A stretch of 62,906 nucleotides of DNA from a virus. Its lineage: Duplodnaviria > Caudoviricetes. Made by a program: the position numbers and the translations under genes. Below the pieces are notes generated by a model. That model had not been told where the DNA came from and searched no databases. It worked only from the letters and a program-made list of their open reading frames with translations. Every line of letters starts with the position of its first letter. Position 1 is the first letter of the stretch. Positions 35,509 through 45,480 of this stretch are shown piece after piece. Location: positions 1 to 62,906 of the IMG/VR virus record IMGVR_UViG_3300020183_000075; one strand, written 5' to 3'.

Positions 35509-38318
35509 ATTAGTTCTATATTAACTGTGTTTATATTTCTTTGATTAGTTTTAGTTTGTGGTATTGACGGTATTAACCATAAGTATCTATTTTCTGGTAT
35601 CTTGCCATCGCACCGTATCATGCGTATAGGTCTAACTTTGTATGTGTTTGTTCGTTTTGCTTTCAGTACTTGATAATTATTTCCGTTAATATCCATACTG
35701 AAAGCTATTGCACGAGAACCGGGTCTTGGTTTAATTCCTTCATAGTATACTCCTTCTCCGTTTTCATAATCAAAAGTTCCAGTCGAAGACCAATAAGTTC
35801 CGTTTAGTCCTTCACCACCGGCAACAAGCATCAAGTGAGTATTGATATTAAATCCTTGAAGATTGGATGTACTTGCAGCTATGAATCCTAATTCATCATG
35901 GCTTGGTAAATACCATCCAGAAATATTTCCAACATTTCCTGTTATGCCTTGTGTGCTTGATGTTATTCCATCTGATATTGATCTGGTAATTTTAAATGCA
36001 TTGATTGCAGAAAAATCAAAATCCGACCATTTAAAAATATTATCTAAACTTGTTCGTTTTGTATACGCATTGTTTGCATACAATGAACGCATTGTGTTGT
36101 ACAATCCCCAAGACTGATGCCAAACACCATGCATACCGTAAACAGATTTAGCAAAAACTCTGTTTACTCCTTGAATACCGTATTGGGTGCTGGCAGAACA
36201 TGTTGGAAATGTTTTTAACAAAAGATTGTTATCTAGACCTGTAAATCCACTAGTAAGTCCTCCAGTAACTCCAATCGACCAATATCCTTCACTGTGTTTT
36301 AGATGCGTATTGGCATAATATGTTGGTATAGAACTAGTATTTGATGTGTCTAGATCTAAAACAAAATCCGAGTAGTTTCCACCAGCATCTGTAATTGGTC
36401 CCCAAGAAGAACCGGTGATGCCCCAAGAAAATGAATTAATTTCATCCAGTTTTATGTCTCTGGGATATATTATTATGATGTATGCTTCATTATCAAATCC
36501 ACAATCTTTTGTTATACCATATGCTGTATGATCTAAGAATGAAGTGTACAGCTTACAATCATAAATCGTTGTTCCATCTATTTTTGATATATCTGATGGA
36601 TTAAATAGTTCACTAGCTCCTAATATTTTAGTTTTTCCTGGCTCGTATTTACCAACAATAATACCACCTGCATATTCTTGGCCACTTCTTAACGGAACAC
36701 CATTAATATAACCAATACAAGAAATTTTTTCTGGACATTCAAATTCATTACAACTTCTACCCATTCCTAGATAATAACCGTTTCTGGCTAAACATTCTAC
36801 TCCAGACAAAGTAGAACACTCGGTATCAATACAGCACGGACCGGTTCCGGTAGAACACACAGAAGTTCCTGTTGTAGAATCAATACAAACAGAACCACGG
36901 CCCTGATAAAATCCAGATATAGAAAAACATTCTTGTTCAGAAAGTTCAGAACATCCGCCTATACCATCACAACATGCACCCAGATTATTAGATACTGTTG
37001 TGCAGTTTGTAGTTTCGCATTTTGTTCCATTTCCAGCAAAAGAGCTGAAAGAAATTCCTATACATTGAGATGATGTTAAACTAAAACAATTAATTCCTAG
37101 TTCACCGGGAAAGTTTACACAACAAGCACCGGGTTTATTACAAATAGAATCGTAAGTGTTTCCACATGTCGTGCCTACTCCATGGAAATATCCCCTACAG
37201 TTTACTGCGGTTGTTTCTGAACAACTTCCATCTGCTTTACAACAAGCACCAGATATAGAAAATGAATTTAATCCTAACATTTCTGGTAGTCCTGCCATTT
37301 CAGTGAATGTGCACAGCGGTTTAAACATTCCATCACCTTCGCACAAACCATCACTTAAATGTTTGGCTGTAGCATACCAAACTCCTTGCAGTCCAAAGAA
37401 AGATACTCGCAAATCACAAGTAGCACCATTCACAGAAAAACATGGTGGTGAATTTAAAGGCCATTTAATCTGACTTGCCGATGTAAATCTGTTGGCCAGT
37501 ATTGATGGATTTTTTGCATTTCTTAGATACATTTCAAATCCATAAGCTTTGCCATCACTAGGACATGCAGCTATGTTGATACTTGCAGTATTTCCTGTAA
37601 AATCACCAACAAATATTTTAGAAGTAGAACCATACATTAATTCATCATATTCGCTGATAAAAGGACTAACATTACATGTTATACCAGTACCAGATATAAT
37701 ACAATCGACAGCTCCAGTAGAGCCAGTCCAACCCATTCCTCTAACTCGCTCAAATATATTAGCATTAACAAAATCTACACCATAAAAAGACCCACCACTA
37801 GAAGTTATGCCCACAGCACCTGCTACTCTTCTTAGTTTACCGTCTTTAAATTTTAAAAGATACGATTCTGTGAATGATGTGTTAGGAACAAGAGTGACTC
37901 CAGCTCCTGCTATAGAAGATAAATTAACAGTTATCAGATCTGAACCAGAAGATACAATTAAATTGTTTCCTGTGTTATTTTGTATTTTTATAGGTCGTAA
38001 TATTAATTCATCGGTTCCAGTAACAGCATAACCCATAGAGATGCCGGATCCCATATTTAAAAAATCAACAACATAAGTAAAACCACCGGTTTGTCCTACA
38101 ACCACATTTGAGGTGGAATAAGTTGTACCATCAGAAAAAGCAGTAACAATATAACGATCAATTAGAGTTATACCGATAACGTTAGGACCAGTATTTCCTG
38201 TGAGCCCTAAACCATCGGGTCCAGTATTTCCAGCAGGTCCAGTATTTCCTGTAACGCCAATAGTGATGCTGGCGTTTCCTAATTGCTTTATAGAACTGTA
38301 ACCTACAATGTTTCTCAT
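35505..38318 (-). CDS. Fibre/adhesin: collagen-like N-terminus, four GxCC repeats, C-terminal DUF1566-like domain
   Basis: GVTGNTGPAGNTGPDGLGLTGNTGP; GACC x3 and GPCC; GWYLPSHDEL...YWSST...KVRPIR. Confidence 0.75.
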   Translation of the reverse strand: MRNIVGYSSIKQLGNASITIGVTGNTGPAGNTGPDGLGLTGNTGPNVIGITLIDRYIVTAFSDGTTYSTSNVVVGQTGGFTYVVDFLNMGSGISMGYAVTGTDELILRPIKIQNNTGNNLIVSSGSDLITVNLSSIAGAGVTLVPNTSFTESYLLKFKDGKLRRVAGAVGITSSGGSFYGVDFVNANIFERVRGMGWTGSTGAVDCIISGTGITCNVSPFISEYDELMYGSTSKIFVGDFTGNTASINIAACPSDGKAYGFEMYLRNAKNPSILANRFTSASQIKWPLNSPPCFSVNGATCDLRVSFFGLQGVWYATAKHLSDGLCEGDGMFKPLCTFTEMAGLPEMLGLNSFSISGACCKADGSCSETTAVNCRGYFHGVGTTCGNTYDSICNKPGACCVNFPGELGINCFSLTSSQCIGISFSSFAGNGTKCETTNCTTVSNNLGACCDGIGGCSELSEQECFSISGFYQGRGSVCIDSTTGTSVCSTGTGPCCIDTECSTLSGVECLARNGYYLGMGRSCNEFECPEKISCIGYINGVPLRSGQEYAGGIIVGKYEPGKTKILGASELFNPSDISKIDGTTIYDCKLYTSFLDHTAYGITKDCGFDNEAYIIIIYPRDIKLDEINSFSWGITGSSWGPITDAGGNYSDFVLDLDTSNTSSIPTYYANTHLKHSEGYWSIGVTGGLTSGFTGLDNNLLLKTFPTCSASTQYGIQGVNRVFAKSVYGMHGVWHQSWGLYNTMRSLYANNAYTKRTSLDNIFKWSDFDFSAINAFKITRSISDGITSSTQGITGNVGNISGWYLPSHDELGFIAASTSNLQGFNINTHLMLVAGGEGLNGTYWSSTGTFDYENGEGVYYEGIKPRPGSRAIAFSMDINGNNYQVLKAKRTNTYKVRPIRMIRCDGKIPENRYLWLIPSIPQTKTNQRNINTVNIELI
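36717..37250 (-). repeat. Four tandem six-cysteine protein repeats (G-A/P-C-C...C...C...G..C...C)
   Basis: GACCKADGSC..., GACCVNF..., GACCDGIGGC..., GPCCIDTEC... read directly from the translation. Confidence 0.85.
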
Positions 38319-39427
38319 TAGAATGCACTAACTCTGGCATTTAGTTGATTTATTTTTGTTTCTAGTTCTGCTAGCTTTGCACCAACATCAACAGAATTAA
38401 CTGTTAGACTGGTTTCCGCTGTTAACTGATTTATTGTTAACTCGCTTGGAATAGAAATTGAGTTGGCATCTTGGCGTAATTTTAGATACGGTACTAATGT
38501 TTCTCCGTCTTGTGTTGCGTTTGTTATAACTTTAGGAACAAAGAAAGAGCTCACCACAGAACCAGATATACCAAATCCGGTTCTACCAATGTACAAAGTT
38601 TTTGTTACATCGTATAAAGCAGAACTTGCTGCTTTTTCTACTGTAACAGTTCCTGCTATATTTACTGCCGTAACGGTTCCTACTAAAGTTTTAACATTAT
38701 TTATTAGTTGATACGCTTGTTGCCCAATCAAACCAGTGGTTATAGTGCCAGTAGTTACCGTTACTAGTTCTTCATACGGTCCGTATTCTGTGGTGTATAT
38801 AGAATATATGTTGGGATATTGACTGGCAGAAAGTGTTTGATCTTCTGAAAGATCTAACCAGTATCTGTTATCCAACCCTGGTTGTCCTATAATGAATCCA
38901 CCGTCTGGAGGAGCAGGAAATCCTCCTTCAGGAACGGGAGCACTACCAGTTTTATAACCAATATAATTAGTGACAACACCGTTAAATAGTCCGTGCGGTG
39001 CTATTTGAACAACAGGTTTTACAATTTTAACTCCATCGGTTAAATCTATACTTCCGGTTAAACCACCAGCAACCTGATCGTCTAGAAAGAGCACATCGAT
39101 TCCACCATCAGAGCCATCTACTATTGTATTTAAACGTTCAGCCGGATATTTAATAGAACCGTAAACAACAACATCATACGGAGGAACTTTTCCTGCTTCT
39201 ATAACTCCTAAAACTTCGGCGTTTACTTCTGTGTCTGCCTGAGATTTTTTATATGAAAGATCCAACGGATCGTAACGAATAACATCTCCTGCAGTAAGAC
39301 CAGCTGCTAGTGTGTATCCTTCTCCAGACTTTAATGTGATAACAAGACGAGTCGTATCTTGTTGTAAAATTACGTGAGGTGCAAATACTCGTGTGTTTTG
39401 ATTGCTGGTAGATCTACAAGATGGCAT
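38318..39427 (-). CDS. Virion structural/fibre protein
   Basis: GDVIRY...SQADTEVNAEVLGVIE segment resembles SRANTPENAEVLGIVV in 39442..41865; C-terminal coiled coil. Confidence 0.6.
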   Translation of the reverse strand: MPSCRSTSNQNTRVFAPHVILQQDTTRLVITLKSGEGYTLAAGLTAGDVIRYDPLDLSYKKSQADTEVNAEVLGVIEAGKVPPYDVVVYGSIKYPAERLNTIVDGSDGGIDVLFLDDQVAGGLTGSIDLTDGVKIVKPVVQIAPHGLFNGVVTNYIGYKTGSAPVPEGGFPAPPDGGFIIGQPGLDNRYWLDLSEDQTLSASQYPNIYSIYTTEYGPYEELVTVTTGTITTGLIGQQAYQLINNVKTLVGTVTAVNIAGTVTVEKAASSALYDVTKTLYIGRTGFGISGSVVSSFFVPKVITNATQDGETLVPYLKLRQDANSISIPSELTINQLTAETSLTVNSVDVGAKLAELETKINQLNARVSAF

Positions 39428-39441
39428 CTATGATATCCTTT

Positions 39442-41865
39442 TTATACTGTCTTAATCTTTATATCTGCATCTGCAACATAATGGAATTTAAGTGTATCTA
39501 AATGGGTTGCTCCATTATTAATTTTAATTTGCATGCCGTTTCGTGTTGTGTTTGGAACTGTGATATTTCCTGATGGTAACGATGTTCTTACCGTGCTGGT
39601 GTCCCATGGTAGATTTACGTGTATAGGACATCCTTCACATCTGGGGAAACGCATATCTGCTTTTTTGGTCGCGTTATATGCTTCATTAGGCTCGCCTGTT
39701 GGCGAATACAGCACCACAGATGGTGTATCCACCATTTCCACGGGGAATTTAACATCATACACGTCTTGAGATAGCAAATTACCCAGCGTTACGTATTCTT
39801 CGTTTAATCTGCTAGTTCCTGTAAATCCGGTAGATTGATCCCAATCGTATGTTCGTAAATAATACGGACTGCATCTTTCTAACTCTTTTTCTGGCAGTTC
39901 GTAAACATAATCTGCAATATCCGAACCCAGTTCAACCTTTACTTGAGCTATGGATAAAGTCACACCACCAGAAGGGAATTCAAATCCTAGACCATACCAG
40001 CCTTCTTCACCATTTCCTACAACACCCTGAGCAGCAGTTGTAAATGTATACGAATACCTATTCCAAGCTGTTCCTAATTCAATTCCTGATGTGATTGTAG
40101 TTCTACCTGCAACTGCGTCAGACGCTTCATTTGATGTTAGATATTCGTCTACTATTTCTGGATATTGATTGTATATCAGATCCATCGTGGCACCACAAAT
40201 GCCTGCATATGCCCAGAATGTTACTGTAGCTTGTTGTCCTTGCAATAGACGAGCACCGCGTTGAATATTTTCTAAACGGGGTCTGTAATTTAGACCGGTG
40301 GTACTAGTATACGATTGTTTGGTTTCAATCCAATATCTGGGAGACCCTGGAACAGAGATTTGTGATGCATCAAACGAGTGTCTTTCTATGGTTGCAGTCA
40401 GTCCTGTTATATTTCCAATACTATCGGTAATGTAAAACCAACGATCCGCAATAGGCGTATTAAACGCAGATAGTCCTGCCAGGGTTACACCGTTCAGACC
40501 ATTAAAACCACGTTGCCAGATTGTGAACGATCCGTTTGGCAGGAGATTATCGTATTCCAAACTTCCAGTAATTCCATTACTATTAGTTGAAACAAGAAAA
40601 CTGGAATTTCCACTAGTTAGCTTTACGCCTAAACTTCTTGCTTGTGATAATAGAGTATATTTTAATGTTTGATCGACATCACTAAAGGGAATAAGTTTTA
40701 CAATTCCGTTATTAAAATTGCCATATTTTAATGGCCTAAGAGCAAAATATCCATCAACATCAGAAGCCCAACCAAAAACACCCCCATCATATGTTACACT
40801 GCCATTTTCACCTATAAATGAATATGCTATTGTATCTAATTCTGATTTTTTAACATTAAAACTTCCACCAGGTAAAGTAATTTCTAGAGTAAGAATACTA
40901 CCATCATCTATTAAAATTTGAGAAATTACTCCTAACAATGATAATTCACTGTTCAAATTTGATACTCCATCACCAGAAGAAAAAACTGCAACGGTAGGTA
41001 TATTGTTTTCTATAGTTTCACCATAAAGTTTACCAACTAATTTAGATACAGTATTTAGTAAGTTAGCTGTCCAACCAAAGTCATCTAGAGGACCTTTATA
41101 GTATACAGGATCTCCTTTTTTAACTGGATAAAAATATCCAGCAGGTGTTGTGGGATCCGCCGACATGGAATAATCTACTCTAATAATAATTTTATTGTCT
41201 AACTCTGCAGTTATACCGGCACTGATACCTTCTATCTGAATACCACGATACGGCAGAATAGCACCAGCAGAACCGGTAATACCTAAAAGTACAGGCTTTG
41301 ATACTGTTCCGTAGACTTGAGGTTCAAATGTGGTAATACCACCGGCAACGTCAGGATTCAAAAAGTACGCACAACCAACCGAAAGAGTGCCACCGGCAAC
41401 TCCTAGAAGATTGCTAATAGTACCAGCAAATGCGGTGTTATTGATCACACCAGAAGTTGCAACAGTGTCTGAGCTGGCATCAGAGCCTACAACTATACCT
41501 AAAACTTCTGCATTCTCTGGTGTGTTTGCACGTGAAAGAGTTAATCCGCTGTCTATAATACGCACCACGTTACCTATAGTAATACCTGCAGATTTAGGTG
41601 ATACCGCAACAGTAACTGTGTTTATAGACGGAACAGAGCTGAAAGACACAGTGTTTGTGAACGACACAGGACCGGTGAATGTTACAGGAGTGCCTACAGA
41701 CGATCCGTGTTTAATTGTAAATATGTTTCCACTGCTAGTCAGGCTTATACCATCACCAGGAAGTATGTTGTGAACGGTTATACCGTTTACTTCAGAAATA
41801 ATACTGTTTGTGGTGTTGAACCATGTTTGAAACGTATCACTGGAAGATAGTGGAGTAATTGCCAT
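39442..41865 (-). CDS. Tail fibre / baseplate-attached structural protein
   Basis: N-terminal DTFQTWFNTTN anchor-like motif; NLLPNGSFTIWQRG...ADRW...AQVKVELG...ELERCSPYY fibre module. Confidence 0.7.
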   Translation of the reverse strand: MAITPLSSSDTFQTWFNTTNSIISEVNGITVHNILPGDGISLTSSGNIFTIKHGSSVGTPVTFTGPVSFTNTVSFSSVPSINTVTVAVSPKSAGITIGNVVRIIDSGLTLSRANTPENAEVLGIVVGSDASSDTVATSGVINNTAFAGTISNLLGVAGGTLSVGCAYFLNPDVAGGITTFEPQVYGTVSKPVLLGITGSAGAILPYRGIQIEGISAGITAELDNKIIIRVDYSMSADPTTPAGYFYPVKKGDPVYYKGPLDDFGWTANLLNTVSKLVGKLYGETIENNIPTVAVFSSGDGVSNLNSELSLLGVISQILIDDGSILTLEITLPGGSFNVKKSELDTIAYSFIGENGSVTYDGGVFGWASDVDGYFALRPLKYGNFNNGIVKLIPFSDVDQTLKYTLLSQARSLGVKLTSGNSSFLVSTNSNGITGSLEYDNLLPNGSFTIWQRGFNGLNGVTLAGLSAFNTPIADRWFYITDSIGNITGLTATIERHSFDASQISVPGSPRYWIETKQSYTSTTGLNYRPRLENIQRGARLLQGQQATVTFWAYAGICGATMDLIYNQYPEIVDEYLTSNEASDAVAGRTTITSGIELGTAWNRYSYTFTTAAQGVVGNGEEGWYGLGFEFPSGGVTLSIAQVKVELGSDIADYVYELPEKELERCSPYYLRTYDWDQSTGFTGTSRLNEEYVTLGNLLSQDVYDVKFPVEMVDTPSVVLYSPTGEPNEAYNATKKADMRFPRCEGCPIHVNLPWDTSTVRTSLPSGNITVPNTTRNGMQIKINNGATHLDTLKFHYVADADIKIKTV

Positions 41866-41871
41866 GGGTTA

Positions 41872-42555
41872 TTATGTTACCTGTGTTAATTCTGAGTTTT
41901 CAAAACGTATTTGTCGCAGATCAGTTCCTAGTTTGAAAGGACCACTAAAAATGGCTGTCAAGAATTCGTCTGTTCCTGCTGTAGATCCTACTCCAATAAT
42001 TTCTAATTTAAGACGAGCAGCACCACAAGGACCACCAATAACATTAAAATTAGACTGGTCTTGTAATGTAGAATCTTCATTGGTTCCGGGAGTATTGGTA
42101 TTAGAACATTCTATAGTAACCGGTTTAACTTTAAATCCGTATTTGGGTGAAGTTGATGCAGTTTCTTGGTGAACAGGCGTTAATGAACGGTCTTGGTCGT
42201 TATAAATCCATACACCAAAACCGCCATTAATTTGGGTATCCATAACATGATACCAGCCAGCACCTACAGTAACGGGACCACTAAGACCCATAGTTATAGA
42301 TCCTTTGTTTAGAGGGGTGGTTCCGTTCCAAGGAACAGGGCCAGACCATCCTCCTAACACTAATCCCTTATTCAGAGTAGATTGAACGTAAAATATTTCT
42401 TGTATTTCATTTAATTCAGAAGCTTGTAATGGAAATCCGGGTTTAAAAGCTACTGCATAATAATTTTTTGCAGCATCAATTTGAGCCTCTATTCTGCTTC
42501 TAAAAGGAGTGGGCTTTAGTGGAAAATCTTCTGAAAGTGGTGATGGTATGGTCAT
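41872..42555 (-). CDS. DUF4815-like N-terminal domain virion protein (short)
   Basis: NYYAVAFKPGFPLQASELNEIQ and D.TLQD.S.......GA.RLK motifs; follows gp8. Confidence 0.7.
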   Translation of the reverse strand: MTIPSPLSEDFPLKPTPFRSRIEAQIDAAKNYYAVAFKPGFPLQASELNEIQEIFYVQSTLNKGLVLGGWSGPVPWNGTTPLNKGSITMGLSGPVTVGAGWYHVMDTQINGGFGVWIYNDQDRSLTPVHQETASTSPKYGFKVKPVTIECSNTNTPGTNEDSTLQDQSNFNVIGGPCGAARLKLEIIGVGSTAGTDEFLTAIFSGPFKLGTDLRQIRFENSELTQVT

Positions 42556-42562
42556 TTTTTAT

Positions 42563-42570
42563 TATTTATG
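42563..42570 (-). promoter_or_regulatory. T4-type late promoter (CATAAATA)
   Basis: One mismatch to consensus, just upstream of 41872..42555; overlaps a stop codon. Confidence 0.45.
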
Positions 42571-42973
42571 TTAAATTAATGGATATCTCGAATACTGTTG
42601 CTTTTGGTGAATTGGATTGAGTTACGCCACCTAAAGGATTCCCGGAAATATTAGTAACATTGAAAAATTCAGCAGTTTTTACATTTAATGTGGGGGTTTT
42701 GATTGGGCCTACAGTATATGTGATTCCATTAAACGTTACAATATCTCCAGTTTGATATGAATTAGTTTCATCATTAACATACAGTTCATATCCTACTGCT
42801 TTTTCAGTTTTAGCATCATTTAAATATACTTTATTAGCAGCTCCAGCAACAGCGGCTATGGTTTGGCCATAGTATCCATTTCTAGAACCAGTGGCATTAG
42901 TTATGAATGCTTTTAATGCATTATTTCCGGTTGAATACAGATAAACATTAATATCTTCGTCTATGTACGCCAT
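42566..42973 (-). CDS. Putative C-terminal part of baseplate wedge gp8
   Basis: Own AGGA RBS; ends PTLNVKTAEFFNVTN...FEISINL, reminiscent of the gp8 C-terminus; lies between gp8 and the DUF4815-like gene. Confidence 0.5.
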   Translation of the reverse strand: MAYIDEDINVYLYSTGNNALKAFITNATGSRNGYYGQTIAAVAGAANKVYLNDAKTEKAVGYELYVNDETNSYQTGDIVTFNGITYTVGPIKTPTLNVKTAEFFNVTNISGNPLGGVTQSNSPKATVFEISINLT

Positions 42974-42982
42974 GGGTTTCCT

Positions 42983-44392
42983 TTATAGTGCTCCTTCTAC
43001 GGTCGATGGCTGATAAATAGTAACTTTTGTGGTCATGCGTTGAACATTTGTATCATTTTTTGTGTAAGCAGCAGGTGCGTTACTGTCTAAAAGATATGGA
43101 TCTGCCATGACAGCAAATTTAGTGTGTTGCACTAAACCTGGCATCACAGAACGAATCTCATCGTCAGTAACAGTTACAGACACTTTCAGTTTTTGTGGTT
43201 TTACATATAATTGCGGATTGGTGTATATATCCGGATGATAATTGTATACAGTTATTTTATTAAATAGAGCAGAACCTATAACAGAACCAGTATTGTCTGG
43301 AACTGCCAGATCGCCGTATCCACTACCTTCTGTTAATAGTTCTATACCATACACAAAATGGCGGTTTAAACCGATAGGTGTGGTTTTAATTTTTACCGTT
43401 GCTCCTGATCCATTTGGATCAGAAATATTTAAAATGGGATTATCTGAATTTATTGTTTTTTGTGCATCTGTTAAATCAGACAGATCTATATTAACAATCA
43501 TAATACCTAGATCATTATGATTATTTAATAAAAATAATTGGTATTCTTTGCTAGAACCAGGTACTATATTATATTTGTCTGCTTCAAGACTGTCTTTTAG
43601 TGAATTTATAGTTTTAGTTGCTGGGCATAAAGGATTTTCTCCTGTTTGACTACTTGTTATAGATCCAGCAGTATATCCACTTAAGAATGTTACTTCACGA
43701 TCTAGTGCTTCGGCTAATTTTTGGCATTCATAACAATCAGAAAAAATAGTTTCATTTGTTACATCACCTTTAGTGTAAACTTCTCCGGTAATTTCATCTA
43801 CACTATTTTCTTTAAAATATAAACAGCAACAGCCAAAAGTTGTTACTCCTTTTGGCCCACATAAAGTTTCATATTTCTCCGAGAAAGTGTTGTAATCTTT
43901 TTCAAGATCTAATTTAGGAATAGGAATTTCATTTGAAGTTATAAATTCCCATTCAGTGAAATCTACTTTAAATAAAGGAAGCCAAGTATAACCATCAGAG
44001 TATGTTTGTCTTCCACTTGCGTGTGATGGCTGTTCGGTCGATAAACCCGAATCTAAATCATTTCTAAAATCTGAATTATTGTGTAAACACAGATATACTG
44101 TCTGATTATCTTCGTTGTAAACAACTTGATAATCATCATCAGCCACATAATAATTATATTTTACATTTGTTTGCCATGGATTTATAGAACCAATGTAATG
44201 TTTTTGTGATTCTGGTATACGTTTGGTGAAAAAAGAATCACTTAGGGGACTCCACGTATCTGCAGAATCAGTACTGATTCCTCCAGTTACTAAGAATAAT
44301 TCTTTTGGTACATTTAAAGTTTTTGTTGATAATTGATTAAACATTTTAGCAGCTCGTACAACTCTTGTTATCGTTTGGATAGGTAAGTCCAA
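42983..44392 (-). CDS. 8: Baseplate wedge protein (gp8)
   Basis: VYLCLHNN...STEQPSH...YSDGYTWLPLF...F.TS..IP; G.GA...I.L...GSGY. Confidence 0.85.
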   Translation of the reverse strand: MDLPIQTITRVVRAAKMFNQLSTKTLNVPKELFLVTGGISTDSADTWSPLSDSFFTKRIPESQKHYIGSINPWQTNVKYNYYVADDDYQVVYNEDNQTVYLCLHNNSDFRNDLDSGLSTEQPSHASGRQTYSDGYTWLPLFKVDFTEWEFITSNEIPIPKLDLEKDYNTFSEKYETLCGPKGVTTFGCCCLYFKENSVDEITGEVYTKGDVTNETIFSDCYECQKLAEALDREVTFLSGYTAGSITSSQTGENPLCPATKTINSLKDSLEADKYNIVPGSSKEYQLFLLNNHNDLGIMIVNIDLSDLTDAQKTINSDNPILNISDPNGSGATVKIKTTPIGLNRHFVYGIELLTEGSGYGDLAVPDNTGSVIGSALFNKITVYNYHPDIYTNPQLYVKPQKLKVSVTVTDDEIRSVMPGLVQHTKFAVMADPYLLDSNAPAAYTKNDTNVQRMTTKVTIYQPSTVEGAL

Positions 44393-45479
44393 CAGCTGGA
44401 CTTAATCTAATGAAATCTTTAATTTCTATCTGACCAAAACTTATTCCCTCTGGGTATTTAGCTTCAATATCTATGTCCCAATTAGGAAAAACGTGTTGAG
44501 GACCAGGATTATCAGTGGTTCCACTACAACCAGAACAACCAGAAAGGCTTTGTGTGTCAAAAAGATCGTACAAAGCATAGTTTTTAATTACAGGAAGTTC
44601 TATATAAACGTTTGAACTTTGATCTCCAGCATTACTAAACACATCATGTAAAACATCATAAAAATCTTTAGTGCCTGCAGGATGAACTAAAGGTCTAACC
44701 ACATTTTCATAATATCCTGCAGAAAGGCCTGTTATGTTTATTACATAAGAAAATTCTTGCCAAAGATCATTATCTTGTAATACAGAATAGTTTAAAAAAC
44801 TTCCTGTTAATTGTGGATTGTATGAATTAGGATTGGTAGAGTATTGGCCTCTTAATTTAGTATCATCACGCATCCAGTCGTATCTACCACCATTTAGTCG
44901 TAATACAAATCTTTTAGGATAAGAAACGGAAACTTTATTAGCTTTTATACCAAATAAAGACTCTAGAACAAAACGAACACTTTCTTCTGTCCCTTTTTTA
45001 GTGTATAGATTTACTTTTACATTATCTAAAAGTTTTCTAACCATTGCTGGTTCCACATTACCAGACGGAGTATCTTCAGTTATTATTGCATCGGCGGGAA
45101 ACGAGTTTATATAAGAAAATAATTTATATTTTAATAATTTGTCTGGAATATTTTCAATATCAATTAAATTTTCCAGATTAAAAAAACTAACATCATTATC
45201 ATTCATACCACAACTCAACCAATCATAATATTTTTGAGTCATTAAAATTAGTTTTGATTGGCCTGCTGTATTTTCTCGTAACCAAAATGGAAATAATTCT
45301 TCAATGTTCATTGGATATGAACAATTGGGTTGAGGTTGTTCTGTGGGAGCAAAAAAAGCTAAAGCTGTTTGTTGTAGTGGTTGTGCAAGTTCAGCAATAG
45401 GCGGTATTCTAAATTCACCAATTTCTTCAGCAAATTGAAGTTCTACATTTTTGATTTGGTTTGTAAAAAACAAAATCAT
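44346..45479 (-). CDS. 7: Baseplate wedge initiator (gp7-like, compact)
   Basis: YYDWL, LYTKKGTEESVRFVLESLFG, LQDNDLWQEFSYVI, LVHPAG. Confidence 0.8.
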   Translation of the reverse strand: MILFFTNQIKNVELQFAEEIGEFRIPPIAELAQPLQQTALAFFAPTEQPQPNCSYPMNIEELFPFWLRENTAGQSKLILMTQKYYDWLSCGMNDNDVSFFNLENLIDIENIPDKLLKYKLFSYINSFPADAIITEDTPSGNVEPAMVRKLLDNVKVNLYTKKGTEESVRFVLESLFGIKANKVSVSYPKRFVLRLNGGRYDWMRDDTKLRGQYSTNPNSYNPQLTGSFLNYSVLQDNDLWQEFSYVINITGLSAGYYENVVRPLVHPAGTKDFYDVLHDVFSNAGDQSSNVYIELPVIKNYALYDLFDTQSLSGCSGCSGTTDNPGPQHVFPNWDIDIEAKYPEGISFGQIEIKDFIRLSPAVGLTYPNDNKSCTSC

Positions 45480-45480
45480 T

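Noticed and set aside
28707-38318. Diversity-generating retroelement targeting the DUF1566 domains
   Set aside because: No reverse transcriptase and no near-identical template/variable repeat pair was seen in this window; one elsewhere in the genome cannot be excluded.
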